The notes: a model not told the origin generated them from the letters alone. Positions 14,719 to 29,109 are shown, numbered from the stretch's first letter. The stretch: 64,000 bases of DNA from Octopus vulgaris (GCA_951406725.2 OX597832.1:62682001-62746000); one strand, 5' to 3'. Translations and numbers: made by a program.

Positions 14719-15149
14719 GCTAATGTATGTACAGGTCAATATGCAATAATCAAAGCAACCAACACACACACAAACACACAAACATACAACCACACACACA
14801 CAATAGATAGTGGAAGACTAAGAAAAATTGGTTATGAGTAAAAGACGGCGAACGGTGTGTTTAGAAAGAGACAGAGAATGGGCAAGAGAGAGCTGGAGAG
14901 ATGGGGAGAGATATAGGGAGAGATCGGGGGAGAGGGACCGATAGGAAAGTGAAGGACAGAGAGAAAATATGGGAGAATCGATAAAGAAAAAAAAACACTG
15001 CACTAAAATACAAAGATATCAAGCCGCATTGAGCGACACCTATAATTTCGTCTGACTTCAAATCAGCTATGATATACCAACAGCCGTAGTAAAGTTGGTG
15101 TAATATTTTACTTTATGTTAGTCTCTCTCTCACAAATTTACCATCTCTC

Positions 15150-15207
<58 letters not shown>

Positions 15208-15241
15208 GATATATGTATATATATATTTATATGTACGTATG

Positions 15242-15283
<42 letters not shown>

Positions 15284-15407
15284 GTATGTATGTGTAGGCA
15301 CATATATGCGCACACATATACATGCATAAATATATATATAGAATTGAAAGATATATACTTGATTACATGTTTATATACATATGCATATGCATTTATATAT
15401 ACAGATG

Positions 15408-15445
<38 letters not shown>

Positions 15446-15623
15446 GCTATATATGTGCTATATTATATTTCAACGTCCATATATATATATGAGTGTGAGT
15501 GTGTGTGTGTGTGTGTGTGTACACAGAAAGATATTGTAAAATACAGATACATATACACACATGCACATATATTTAAATAGGATTGTCCAGCATACATGTT
15601 TGTTTGTGTGTGAGGTGTGTGAG

Positions 15624-15658
<35 letters not shown>

Positions 15659-15914
15659 GCACCCACACTCCATACACGCCAATAGTAGAAGCAAAAATCG
15701 AACAAACTACTCACACTCACACACACTTACACACTCACACAGATATGCATACATACATATGTATATGCATATCATATGCCTTTTTCTTTTCTATATGTAT
15801 AGAAATACCTGACCACATTAAATATTGTCGTATGTATACAAACCTACGTATATATTTATATCTATGTATATAAATATATGCATGCAGATTATAAAACTAT
15901 ATATATGAACTGTA

Positions 15915-15976
<62 letters not shown>

Positions 15977-16437
15977 TACACACATATGCGCACACACATA
16001 TTTACACATAGATATATATACAGAGAGAAAAAGAGAGAGAGGGAAAGAGACAGGGAGAAGGAGAGTGACAGTCATTTATTATACTGCTGAAAAAGGCGGT
16101 TCCTGGTTATTTTCCAGTGTTATAAATATTCGCTAATCATGTATATTGGATTGGTGCCACGTGCCCTCTTCTTTGATGAGCAGCGGCGTGGATTGTGGGA
16201 AAAAAATATATATAGCCATAAATAGCGTAAAAATACCATCACTGCATATATATATATACACATACGGATATATACATGCATACATTCATATATGATATGT
16301 ATGCTTATATACATGAATATACGCTAGTTCGTCAGATATAACCAGTTTATTATACTAATGGTTGTATTAGTAGATTTCATGCAATATTAGTAAGGGTTTA
16401 AGTAATAACAGATGTAGTAGGTTTATTATTAATTATA

Positions 16438-17330
16438 CTTTCTACTCTAGGCACAAGGCCTGAAATGTTGGGGGACGATCCAGTCGATTAGATCGACTCC
16501 AGCACGTAACTAGTATTTAATTTATCGACCCCGAAAACACAAACGGCAAAGTCGAACGCGGCGGAATTTGAACTCAGAACATAAAGACAGATGAAATACC
16601 TATTTCTATTTCTTTACTATCCACAAGGGGCTAAACACAGAGAGGACAAACAAGGACAGACAAACGGATTAAGTCGACTATATCGACAACAATGCGTAAC
16701 TGGTACTTAATTTATCGGCCCTGAAAGGATGAAATGCAAAGTCGACCTCGGCGGAATTTGAACTCAGAACGTAACGGCAGACGAAATTCAGCTATGCATT
16801 TCGCCCGGCGTGCTAACGTTTCTGCCAGCTCACCGCCTTTTTTTTTGGTTTTTTTTTTCTATTCGGCACAAGACCTGAAATTTTGGGGGTGGGAACCAGT
16901 CGATTAGATCGACCCCAGAATGTAACTGTACTGAATTTATCGACCCCGAAAAGATGAAAGGTAAAATTGACCTCGGCGTAGTTTGAACTCAGAACATGAT
17001 GCTAACGACTCTGCCAGCTCGCCACCTTGTTATTACTATTAATGATAAAAATGGGTTAAAATATTAGCAGGTGGCCAGTGATAAAGCAGGTAGATCGATT
17101 ACGTTTTCCCCTGTGTTAAACAGTTACTTATTTTATCGATCTCGAAAGGATGAACAGTAAAGTCAACCACGGCGAAATTTGAACTAAAAAAGACGCAGAG
17201 ATCGAGAGAAATTATGGTAATGAAAAGCAAAGTTGACCTCGTCGGTATTTGAACTAAGAACGTGGAGACTGACGAAATGCTGTTGAGCATTTCGTTCGAC
17301 ACACAGACGACTCGGACATCTCGCTGCCTC
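16438..17330 (-). mobile_element. Cluster of family A SINEs including a dimer (16438-16840)
   Basis: Four to five tandem matches to the core tttatcgaccccgaaaggatgaaaggcaaagtcgacctcggcggaatttgaactcag. Confidence 0.8.
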
Positions 17331-17711
17331 CATGATGATGATAATAATAATAATAATAATAATAACTGAAGCAACAGCAACAATGAGGAGGAGGAGGAGA
17401 AGAAGAAGAAGAAGAAGGAGGAGGAGGAGGAGAAGAAGAAGAAGAAGAAGAAGAAGAAGAAGAAGAAGAAGAAGAAGAAGAAGAAGAAGAAGAAGAACAA
17501 CAACAACAACAACAAAAAGTTAATCATTATCATGATCCTGATGTTGACGATAATTACTGATTGACCGAAACACCAAAATGCATCAAGGCCAATGTAATTT
17601 GCAACGAACGTTTGGAATACTACAGGATGTCATTGGAATATACACACTCTTACACACACGTACACGCACGCACACATGTCTATGTTTGTGTGCGCGCTTT
17701 CGTGCGTGCGT

Positions 17712-17776
<65 letters not shown>

Positions 17777-18169
17777 CGTGCGTGTGAGTGTGTAAACACA
17801 TGAGGTGTTTTTTATTACTGTGCTGAAGGAAGTGTAAAAGAGGGAAACGAAATATTATATTGAGAGGTGGATTAGTTGAATAAATAGATATGTGGGTGAT
17901 TGCCTGGAAGAGAGAGAGAGAGGGAGCGGAAGTGCACGTACATACATACAAACATACACACTTACATACATATGGTGATAGATGCATTCATGTAAGTATA
18001 CGTTTGTGTATATACGTATACGGATTTATATACATATATGTATGTATGTGTAATATATATACAAACATGCACGTATACGCACGCAGGTTTAATGTTGAAT
18101 TAAATACCCAGCCAAGAATGTATTGCTTTCGAAGCAGTTGTCCTTACCTATTTTCTTTCTTACTGCTTC

Positions 18170-18640
18170 CAAAGGACCATTTCTAGCAACATGACATGTG
18201 ACCTCCATAATTGTACATATTTCATATTTTCTGCCTCTATCAACGACATCAAATGAGTTTGTTTGCGTTTTTCGGCTGTTTGAAAGGGAATTTTCAACCA
18301 TTTTTTCTGTTGGAAATATTTTGCTGGACGCAGCAACAGAAACATTTTCTATGTTTAGACTAGGGCAATGTTTCCGAACAATGATATTGCATGTTTTAAC
18401 AACATCGTGTCGCATTTTAAAATAGTCTCTTAATACGGCATATTTGAGCAGCTATTAATGCCATGAGTAATATCTTGTACAGACATTTATCAGTCGAAAT
18501 GTTTGACTGCATTTCATTGTCTCCTTTGTTCACAGGATATTTTGTAGCTAACTCCCAGTCCTGGATTACAAAAGAAGATTAACGTTTGGAATGCGACGTG
18601 ATATAACACTTCCTGTTAGTATTAGCGTCATCCTCGAGTT
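18170..18640 (-). mobile_element. RLE-type (R4/Dong-like) CCHC/endonuclease relic
   Basis: Minus: IQDWELATKY, VQDITHGINSC, MRHDVVK, DVVDRGRKYEICTIMEVTC. Confidence 0.6.
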
Positions 18641-18732
18641 ACGGAAGACATACCCACGGCTTTGATTTGGGCTTACACTGCACTTCACTTCAATGCTATG
18701 TTGAGGCAAACTCATGCGCACATGTGTGTATC

Positions 18733-18960
18733 TTTTATCTTTTGCTTGTTTCAGTCATTGAACAGCGACCATGCTGGGGCACCACCCTTGAAAGCCTTTA
18801 ACGAACAAATCGAACTCGGCACGTAATTTCTTACTTTTTATTAAGTTTGGTATTTGTTCTATCGATGGCTTTTACTGAATCACAAAGTTTCAAGGAATTG
18901 AACAAGGAATTAACGTTGTTAGTGAGAGTGCAGAAGAGACTCAAGCACAAAGACAAACAC
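18733..18960 (-). mobile_element. SINE family B tail
   Basis: ttgtttcagtcattg..ccatgctggggcaccacc. Confidence 0.6.
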
Positions 18961-19037
18961 ACACATTAATGCATACAGACATACATATACTCTCACATAC
19001 GTACATACATACATACACGCCTTACAAGGCAGAAAAA

Positions 19038-19127
19038 GTTGTCAACAAACAGTCATGGGAATCGAACCCACGTCCCCAAAACATCGGCTGAATGCTTTAC
19101 TATTAAGCTAAACTGCCCGTTGACAAC
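19038..19127 (-). ncRNA. tRNA-like sequence (pseudo-tRNA or SINE head) with extended acceptor stem
   Basis: GGGCAGTTTAGCTTAATAGTAAAGC..GTGGGTTCGATTCCCAT GACTGTTT; flanks gttgtcaac/gttgacaac pair; TTTTT follows; anticodon stem is poor. Confidence 0.5.
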
Positions 19128-19344
19128 TCATCCGCCGATTTTAGACGCTAAATAGACAGCTTATTAAACAACCATGTGAGTATGTATATAAACAAACTCA
19201 CCTAACAGTAATTTACTCATTATTTCTGCTGCTTTAACGGCAACGCTACGTCCGAAAAAATATCACCTCATTGTATCGTACACTACACAGCTAAAGAGTA
19301 TATTCACCTAAGCTTCTATAGTAGCAGGTTCATGTATGTATGTA

Positions 19345-19446
<102 letters not shown>

Positions 19447-19719
19447 AAAATAATATATTATCTATCTGCTTAGCTTTATGTGTGTGTGTTTGTGGATGTG
19501 TTGTCCGAAAGGCATATAGTAACATATCTTGCAGGTTTTGCGCTTTATCTGTGCACATGTGTTTCGGTTCGTAAAAATGTATTTTTAGTTGTGCAATTGG
19601 CAACCAAAATCTAGTCTGACACAATGAATGTCTCTCTAATATTCGTATTAATTTCAGCAATACGCACGCACGCACGCACACACACACACACACACACACA
19701 TACTCACATAGATACATAC

Positions 19720-19786
<67 letters not shown>

Positions 19787-19873
19787 TATACATTCATGCA
19801 TATACATATATATATACATATATATACAAATATATATATGTATATATAAATATATATATACATATACATATAC

Positions 19874-19954
<81 letters not shown>

Positions 19955-20059
19955 TATTTGTATATATTGCCATTCGTCATTTCAATTTGTTATATTTTTG
20001 GCAACATCACTGCAACTAATTTGCTATCTTCAATACTATTTCAGTTATGGAAAGTTTTT

Positions 20060-20500
20060 CAAAAAGTACCAGCATCACGACCACATCGTTTCTGTCTGCC
20101 CAGTCTTTGTCAACTCCAACTATATTCGCGCATTCGATCGATTAAGCCTCTCTGTTCACTGGGCAATATACCAACACTTCAACATAGAAACAGATAAACC
20201 TTGGCATGAACATATAGCAAACACGATACATGATAAGGTCCTGGTCACGATCGTATGGGACATGCCCTTCTAGCTTTAAACGATCGAGTTTAACGGTTGA
20301 AATATAGTTATAAACGTTTTAAACAAAAACACCGTGTATTCTAATCGACAGCTCTTTAAATTTTGACAAAATCATTGACATGAGATGTGGAAGTTGTCAA
20401 AACATACGCGTCTCAGAATTAACGTAAACAGAATGTGTGACATGAAAATGAAAGCGGTACCAGTAATTACTCAAGCACACCGTATGATAAGAATATAAGC
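20060..20500 (+). mobile_element. R4/Dong-like CCHC/RLE relic
   Basis: [46 protein letters not shown]; NRMCDMKMKAVPVI. Confidence 0.75.
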
Positions 20501-20529
20501 TTGTTCTTGAGCTGCGCATATGAGTGCTT

Positions 20530-21390
20530 CTCCCTCTACTTCACGTCATTCCTCCATAGCCACCGGTCCTCTGTATCTGTCTTGCCATTTGTATCCTTGC
20601 AAACTAACCATACATTTTCCCACTTGCATGCTGTTTCTTGTTTCGTGATCATCTCGTCTTAAAATTTTTCTTTCATTACACAATTCTCAGTCTTGGTGAT
20701 GCCGGCCTTCACATGTTTCAACAATGCGTCTACGGCATTTTTATACACCACCCTAAGCTGTTTTCCTCTGCTCCGATACAGCCCTGGCAATTGATCAAAC
20801 CTCTCCTATCCTTTTCTTCTGGTCAAGTTCGGCCTATCGGTGTCATTCTTAGGGTGAAATGCTCCTTGTACTATCAACATTTTTCATGTCTTTTCATCAC
20901 TTCTATCTTTAACTCTATCTCCATACCGAAGTGATGCTGTCGCCCATGTTTAGCTGCTTGGGTTTTATTCCATCAAGTCAGTTTTGAGTGCAACATCAAC
21001 CACGGTTTTCAGAAATATTCCATGCTCAGTTGCTCTTTCATTTCCTTCTCCATTAACACGTTGAACTCTCGTACACCAAGGTATTTGTAGCCTTCTGTTT
21101 CAATTTGTTTAATCAAGTTTCTATTCGGTAATTCCATCCCTGCTAGGAACTATACCTTACCTCTTTTTAATTAGATTATTCCGCACATGTTGATTCCAAA
21201 TTCCATTCTAATATCAGCACGAAAACAGTGGACCGTGTTCATCAAGGAACACGTTTGTGTCTCATCTTTGTCGTACAGTTTCAAATCATCCATGAAGAGG
21301 AGGTGGTTGATTGTTTGGGATTTACCCTTTAGCTGGTACTCCAAGTTCATTTGCATAAGTACCAAGGTCAGAGGTATCATGCAGATTATT
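20530..21390 (-). mobile_element. R4/Dong-like RT relic
   Basis: MIPLTLVL..INHLLFMDDLKLY..DIRMEFGINMC; EGYKYLGV. Confidence 0.85.
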
Positions 21391-21397
21391 ATTGTTA

Positions 21398-21581
21398 ATG
21401 CGGCGAGCTGCCGGAAAGATTAGTACGCGGGACGAAATGCTTAGCGGTATTTCGACCGAGGTTGACGTTGCCTTCCATCTTTTGGGAATCGGTAAATTAA
21501 GAACCAGTCAAGTACTGGGGTCGAGGAAATCGAGTAGTCCCCTCCCCACAAATGTGAGGCCTTGTGCCTCCGGTAGAAAGG

Positions 21582-21582
<1 letters not shown>
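21398..21582 (+). mobile_element. SINE family A, internally deleted, (ATT)n tail
   Basis: Head gcggcgagctg, core, tail ggccttgtgcctccggtagaaaggattatt. Confidence 0.75.
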
Positions 21583-21637
<55 letters not shown>

Positions 21638-21659
21638 CATTATTATTATTATTATCATT

Positions 21660-21703
<44 letters not shown>

Positions 21704-21706
21704 AAG

Positions 21707-21775
<69 letters not shown>

Positions 21776-22029
21776 TACTACTACTACTACTACTAGCTGA
21801 ATCACTGTCCTCCGCGCAGTCAATTCAGTTCGTACATATCTAAGCTCCTGTTCGTAGTTTGAAAGTAAAAATTGAAACTTACTACAATTTTCTTAAAGAA
21901 TTTCCTTATAGACAACGTTGTCAGTGTAGATTCCTTTCATACTCTTATACCCTGAGTTCAAAGCCAATATATGCACATCGTTCCCTGAACCAAAGCTAAG
22001 ATATACAAATAGTTCCCAGAAACAAAGCC

Positions 22030-23790
22030 AATATATGTTCATTGTTTCCAGAAGCAATCAGGGCTTCTGTTATCTCAGTCCACTTTGGGTTGGTAGTCAT
22101 TGTGATGAAGTAGTCTGGCTTTCCGAACTCTCTCACCAGAGCCGTTCCGGCTTGGAAACACTCCATGTAAAGCCAAGGACAACCAGTATGTGATGGCGAA
22201 AGAATAATTTTAGACCCTACATCATTCATGTCCCCATTTGCAATAGCATCCAGAAGGCCCTGGTATTTTTCAGCCTGAAACTGTTTCTGATGAATTCTCA
22301 GGAAGTGTCATCGATCTTGCTCTATCTTTGCATATTGATCTACTGCATATTGTTGCATCAGACGTCGACTTTTCCTCATGACATTGAACTCGTCCTTTCT
22401 TACTTGAAAACAATAAAAATAAAAGACACATTCAGTGATGTTTTTGCTTCGGTCATTGTCTTTCAAGAGCACATTCCAGCATTCTTCCCCATAGGGAAAC
22501 ACAAGTACATAATGAAGAGGGTCATAACTTCTGTGGATTTGGCTAATGTTGCGTAACTTCTCATTACTATCCCTGTACTGCACAACAACATCCGCAGGTT
22601 TAACGTTTAGATTACCGGTATCATCTCCCACCACGATCACGGCAAATTCTGATGCGGTCCGTGGATTATAGATTCACTCATGTGACCCAGCAGGAATCAG
22701 CTGTTTGTCCTAACGTGTAATAATATCACCATTGGGACATTTTCCTGGTGCAGAGTATTTCTTAATTATATCAATAGCTTGTCTAAAACTCTTGGCATAT
22801 GGATTGTGCATATGCAATGCTCTCTGCAAGTGTAGCAGGATGTTCTCATTAAGGTCATTGTCAGCTGCTCTGAATGATAACATGTTTCGCATGTCATTTT
22901 CAGTGTCAACGAAATATAGCTATGCGTAGACTGGCCTCCTATTTACTACTGGTAAGAGACTTTCTATGCGGTGGTACAACTTTTCTTGAATCTTGAAATT
23001 AGGCATAAAAATACTACCACCCTGTGGTCCAACTGGTGGATAATCCAGTCCAAGTGAAGCCATAACCACGAATTTTATCACGAAGTTTGTCCAGAAACAT
23101 TTGACAACTTAGATCAACATCATATACTTAGCTATTAATTCTGAGGGCTCTGTCATTGCTAAGTTTTCTTTTGTTACAGCAAAGGGAAGGTTTCTCAGCA
23201 CTCCAAAGGAAACCTTTGCAGTCAAGTCATATTCGGTTAAAAATGTTTCTACAGCAGTGCAACATAAGGCTTGGGTTTCGTTCTTTCTCTTGCAAGTCTG
23301 CTACATCTGCTACTTCCATGGCCATTCTCTCAGTGTCAGTTCTTTGCTGACAAAGTTTCCATTGGTATCATGCCCGGTTATTTCCTTGTCGCTGCTGAAT
23401 TTGTGGCAGCGACGTGTTTTCCCAAGAATCCTGTTTCCTCAGCCGATGAGTATTTGTCCGTGCTTCTGTTTCTTGTGGTATTTCCATTACACGGCTTTTC
23501 TGTACTCTCAGCTGATTCGCATTCCTCCATGCTTCTGAATCTTCTGGTCTTTCCATTGCACAGGTTTCCTGTCTCCTCAGCCAATCTGCATTTTTCTGTA
23601 CCTCTGTTTCTTTTGGTGTTTCCATTGCACAAATTTCTTGCATTCTCCTTTGCTTTATGTCGAGATACTGAGAAGAGCTAGGTCCATGTCTATTTCACTA
23701 AATTAGCATTTGTTGTCTTTGCTCGTCAATCTTTTGTGAACGAGAATATTTTCGGGACAGGTTATTGCTCTTTCTTTTTCTGGGCATAAT
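22030..23790 (-). pseudogene. Helitron RepHel N-terminal region to Rep motif 1, frameshifted
   Basis: ETPKETE-type repeats; Cys-rich LWSAEKPSLCCNK; LQRALHMHNPYAKSF; HRSYDPLHYVLVFPYGE; RLMQQYAVDQYAKIEQDR; GSKIILSPSHTG; FGKPDYFITMTTNPKWTEI. Confidence 0.9.
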
Positions 23791-23924
23791 GTACTGTTGA
23801 GAGAGAATATTTATGACAATTATACAGTGAAAATTTTGAGACAATTCAGCTAGTATTTGAGCTAATTTCTCTGAACGGGAAGTTTTCACGATATTAATTG
23901 TAAATATCTACCTTGGTATTTATT

Positions 23925-24362
23925 TACAATTATACGACTCTCGCTAAACATTATTTTAAAGTGCAATTTTTTATGTTGTTGAATTGCTCTAAACGAATTT
24001 GACCATAAAAATTTCGAAAATTTAGCATTTTTTAAGGTAATAATAAAATAAGTCGATCCTATTTTCATACAGTCAAATGCGTAAAGTTTCCGAAATTTTC
24101 ATATGTTTTACGCCTGCTATTTCAGAATTTTACGCATACGTGAAATATCAGACGACAGTACATTCAATAACATATTCATACACGCAACAACGTAAATAGA
24201 CTTCAGAATAACTCCGACGGCCTACCGCATGAAAATAGGTCCGACATATTTTATTAAATATTAAATTTCCACCATTTTTATGATCAAATTCGTTTAGTGC
24301 AATTCAATGACATGAAGATCGCACTTTAAGTTAGTGTTTAGCGAATATGGTGTAATTGTAAT
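23925..24362. repeat. Imperfect ~140 bp inverted repeat upstream of Helitron ORF
   Basis: taaacgaatttgaccataaaaat / atttttatgatcaaattcgttta and cctattttcat / atgaaaatagg. Confidence 0.7.
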
Positions 24363-24484
24363 TTTCACCGAAGTCTAACAGTATTTTATCTTTTTTTCCT
24401 CTTCAACATGACACCGACAGAAACATTAGAAAGAACGCAACCTGTTAAAAGAGAATGAAGAGAGGTAGTTTTTATGTGTGAGGT

Positions 24485-24526
<42 letters not shown>

Positions 24527-24539
24527 CATATATTCTCTC

Positions 24540-24740
24540 TCTCTTTTATTTGTTTCAGCCATTTGACTGCGGCCATGCTGGAGCACCGCCTTTAGTCGAG
24601 CAAATCGATCCAAGGACTTATTCTTTGTAAGCCTAGTACTTAATCTATCGGTCTCTTTTTGCCGAACGGCTCAGTTACAGGGACGTAAACACATCAGCAT
24701 CGGTTGTCAAGCAATGTTGGGGGACAAACACAGACACTCA

Positions 24741-24787
<47 letters not shown>

Positions 24788-24953
24788 TTACATGTATATG
24801 ACGGGCTTATTTAAGTTTCCATCAACCAAATCCACTCACAAGGCTTAGGTCGACCCGAGGCTATAGTAGAAGAAACTTGCCCAAGGTGCCACGCAATGGG
24901 ACTGAACCCAGAACCATGTGGTTGGTAAGCAAGCTACTTACCACACAGCCACT

Positions 24954-24955
<2 letters not shown>
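24540..24955 (-). mobile_element. SINE family B, full length, inside the Helitron span
   Basis: Reverse complement of the 37432-37860 pattern. Confidence 0.85.
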
Positions 24956-24991
<36 letters not shown>

Positions 24992-25654
24992 GTATGTATG
25001 TATGTATGTATATGTGAGAGAAAAACATCAAAGTAACACCGAAGGAGACATGGAAAAGAGCGCAACTGGTAAAGAGAGAGTGAGAATTCTCTGCAATTCT
25101 GTCAGTTACCACACCTCACACTACAGCTCTCAATAAGAGAAAGAGGTAGTAAGCATGAGGAATAGTCAGTGAGTCACTGAATACTGAGAAAGGGGGAATT
25201 CGTTTTGTCGTATTTCAGCAGACTGGAACCGGACCGGTTAATTTTTGTGAATTCCATATAAATGTTGACACTCTCCCGGTACCTACGGTTCCTCGTGCCA
25301 AGTTTGATCGAAATCTGACCAGCGGTTGCGGAGGGGTTTGTTGACAACATTTTGACACAGACACACAGACACACACACATAAATAGTGCAATTATAGAAT
25401 AGACAAGCAAAACGCCCCTCGACCAATGGACGGTGATGAGTTGTCAAAATACTAGGATGGTGTTTGTTGTGATTCTTGACATCCTGATTTCAAACCCCGC
25501 ATCGAGGTCAACATCAGTTTCACTTTTTCATCCACCCAGAATAGATGAAAGTGTCAGTCAACGTCTTGTGTCTATTTAATCGACAATCCATCCGCCGCAA
25601 CAATTAAGAACAAACAAACATACGGGTGGGTGGCCTTGTTACAATGATACAAAT

Positions 25655-25968
25655 CGTTATTATAGAAGACATTTGAGTGTATCGTAGACAGGACGCAAAA
25701 GGGATGACGAAGCCCTAAGAATGGTAAAAACGTTTATTAGATAACATCAAAGACACGAATCTTTAAAATTTTGGACATTTAATTAGGAACGGAACTGAAA
25801 GCGGTAAAGGAATGGGATAACTTAGAATTACGTTGATGAATAACATCAAGAATTAGACAGACGTGAGATACAGGGAGTGAGCAAAGAATGTATCCGACAA
25901 CTTAACTAAATGGCGATCTATGATATTTTAATCCTGTAGAGAGTGGACGGGATCTGGTGATGATAATG
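25655..25968 (+). mobile_element. RTE-like LINE 3' relic
   Basis: Across frameshifts LLDNIK..FGHLIRNG..RITLMNNIK..KWRSM, ending in a tgatgataatg tail. Confidence 0.55.
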
Positions 25969-26579
25969 CTTTCAGGAAGTATTTTCTAGTCTTTACAAAC
26001 CGATAAAGAAGAAAACCAAATATGAAAAAACTACCAATTTAATCTGTTAAACCATTGCAGACACAAAAGGGCGACCTTATACTTTCGAATTTCGCTATAG
26101 ATCCGGACATTCCTCTGCTTGTGGTCTTGTGCTTATCCTCTCAACGTACAACAGAATCGTAGATTCGCACTTGGGACATACGGCTTACCTTGGTTATTTA
26201 AGACAAGTCGTACGTAATGACAGAAGAAAGCAGGAATGAGGAGAAGAAGATGAAAAAGAAGAAGAAGAAGAAGAAGAAGAAGAAGAAGAAGAAGAAGAAG
26301 AAGAAGAAGAAGAAGAAGAAGAAGAAGAAGAAGAAGAAGAAGAAGAAGAAGACGAAGAAGAACTTCCAACGCTAAACTGGTACTTCATTCATCGAATCCG
26401 AAAGAATGAATAGCAAATTTAACCATGGCGAGATTTGATCTCAGAGAACAACGATTTGGAACATATCAGTACAAACTAAAGTGTTCTGCGCTCTACCGAC
26501 TCTACCAATCCGCTGTTCGTGTACCTATGTGAGAAACGAATACTGCGATGCTTTCATTTGTCTTATATGTGCTGACATG

Positions 26580-26623
<44 letters not shown>

Positions 26624-27022
26624 TGTGTTTATGTGTGCGTGCGTGCGAACATGCGTGTGTGTGTGTGTGTCTCTGTGTGTGTGTGTGTGTGTGTGTATGT
26701 GTGTGTGTGTGAATATTTTCCTTTTCTTTTTATTTCTGTCACAACGGATTATTAGAAGCATTCTTGAGATTTGGTTATGTTACAATGACATGCAAATGTG
26801 TAATTATACTACTTTGTTTTAATGGGAGCTGGAGAGAGAGAGAGAGAGAGAGAGAGTGAGGAAGAGAGAGAGGAAAAGAGAGAGAAACAAGAACAGAAAT
26901 AGAGAGTGAGAGTATTCGTTGCGAATGAATGAAGTTCGAGACGGTTGGTATATAGTTTATATTCATCAGCTTATATTTTCTCTTTGAAAAAAATAAAACT
27001 AAATAAAAAGATAATAATAATG

Positions 27023-27091
<69 letters not shown>

Positions 27092-27380
27092 GCACGCATA
27101 AATAAAAAGAGACTACTCGTAGAGTCAAGTTTATGGGTTCCCTCAAGAGAACTGTTTTCTGCAGTTCATGTGGTGAAACATGTAGTTTGTTGTAATATAG
27201 CTACATTTAATAGTTGCAATAAAATTTTTAGGGGGTGAATATCGATCAGGCCATCTCCACGAATCAGTGACACTTCGAACTGTAATTGCTGGTATTTAGG
27301 TCAGGTTCCTGACTCTCGGTGACTGATATGTGTGTGTGTATGTGTATGTGTATGTGTGTGTTTGTATGTATGTGTGTTTG

Positions 27381-27413
<33 letters not shown>

Positions 27414-27540
27414 CTCTATCAAGGTGTACGTTATACACCAATCAGAATGCGCTAGTTTTTTTTAAACTTTATTCACCCTGTATATCTATTGGATGTTGAG
27501 TCTGAAGAACTTACAATGGGTTTTCAAATATATCATCATC

Positions 27541-27604
<64 letters not shown>

Positions 27605-27829
27605 ACAGTAGCAGGTGGTGGTGGAGGAGGAGGAGGAGGAAGAGGGGGAGGAGGGAGAGAGGAAGAAGGTGGAGGAAGAGAAGAAGAGAGAGGAGGAAGA
27701 GAAGAAGAGGGAAGAGGGAAGGGGAAAGGGGAATCGTTAGACCATCGTTATAAGTGCTTAGTAAGTTTTTCTTCTGATATATTTTAAGTACTGAGTTCAA
27801 ATTCAGCAAACTCCGTAGCTTATAATGCA

Positions 27830-28995
27830 CAGAATTGTGCACCTCGTATCTGACGTGGGTTGATGATACTGAAAAAGGAGAAGAGGAGGAGGAATTAAGA
27901 ATATCGAAGAATCTGTAAACATACAATGGGAAGCTAGAGTGTATGTTCTTGTCGAGAAGGAAAGCAAGAAACACGCCTTAAGGAATTAAAAAATGAAGAA
28001 TTGTTCATGTGATGGGCAGAAGCCAGAAAGAGAGATCAAGAAAACATTTCAGAATCTTCCTGAGGAGAAAATCAAAATTTCAAAGCAAGAAGATTTACAC
28101 AGGGATTTTCAGGAATACATAAGAGAGACGGAATGTAAAGGATAGCTGACTCTGGGTTAAGGAATGGATAATGAAAAAAAACTGGATGCTGCGAGAATGA
28201 TCTAGGTAGCAGAGGAATAGATCATAAGTGGAAATTGGATCAAGAATACAATAGATCAACAAAATCGCCCGCCCAAATGCAGCATGTACTGTGATTCAAA
28301 TGTGACCATAATCCACAATGTATTGGAATGGCCATAGTTAGCTCAGGGAGAATGGAACATGTGTAGACATGATAAGATTGTTATAACAATACCTTAGAAT
28401 TTTTGTTGGAAAGTTTGGTTTTGCATGCACAGAAAACATTTCTAAACATTTTCTAGAATAGAAACATAAGTTCCAGAAATGATGAAATGGGGTTGTTATG
28501 GAAGTTCTCCTACATAAACTGGAAAAAGAATATACCACAACAGACTTGATATTCTGTTGTGTCTGAAGAGAGTCATTCTCTTTTAGTGCCTTATTGTTAA
28601 ATAATAATGTACTACAGAGAATGACTCTTCCCAGACACAGCAAAATATGCTTCAAAACACGAACTCACATAAAGAATTTTGCAAACCAAATCCAAAAACG
28701 AGACTTGATATTCTACTCCTCGGAAAGAGAGAGAAGCTGTTTATTATAATACAGAGGTGAAAAGATAGGAAAGAGGAAAGTTGAACTTTACATCGACTGG
28801 ACGTGATGGAAGATAGAAGCTGACATTTCAATACTTCTGTTTGTTATTAGAGTCTTGGGAACGATTATAAACAAATCTGAGAACATATTTCTAAACCTAC
28901 TGAATTTAACTTTAACACTGGGAGTAGATCAAATACTGAATACATATCTGTTAGGCTCAGTAACAATTATCTGGAAAGTCCCTAACACATTGTAA
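27830..28995 (+). mobile_element. R4/Dong-like 3' half relic
   Basis: NWIKNTIDQQNRPPKCSMYC..IIHNVLE..CRHDK; later VVIRVLGTI. Confidence 0.65.
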
Positions 28996-29109
28996 AAACA
29001 GAGATGGAGAATAGAAAGAACAATTGCTGTACAAACGACACAAACTGTTTCTCTTCCTACACCACGAGGTATTATAGTTCGATACATGAAACGAGAAAAA
29101 AAATAATGC

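Larger units (their letters stand above)
21793..25403 (-). mobile_element. Helitron, internally deleted (helicase half missing), both termini recognisable
   Basis: Minus strand starts TCTATTCTATAAT at 25403 with a typical 5' subterminal tract; ends with hairpin (ctgaattgactg..cagtgattcag) plus CTAG|T at 21793; RepHel fragments lie between. That the 5' end belongs to the same copy is inferred. Confidence 0.7.

Noticed and set aside
19047-19118. Functional tRNA-Ile(GAT)
   Set aside because: Anticodon stem is mispaired, U33 is absent and the acceptor stem has three G-U pairs.
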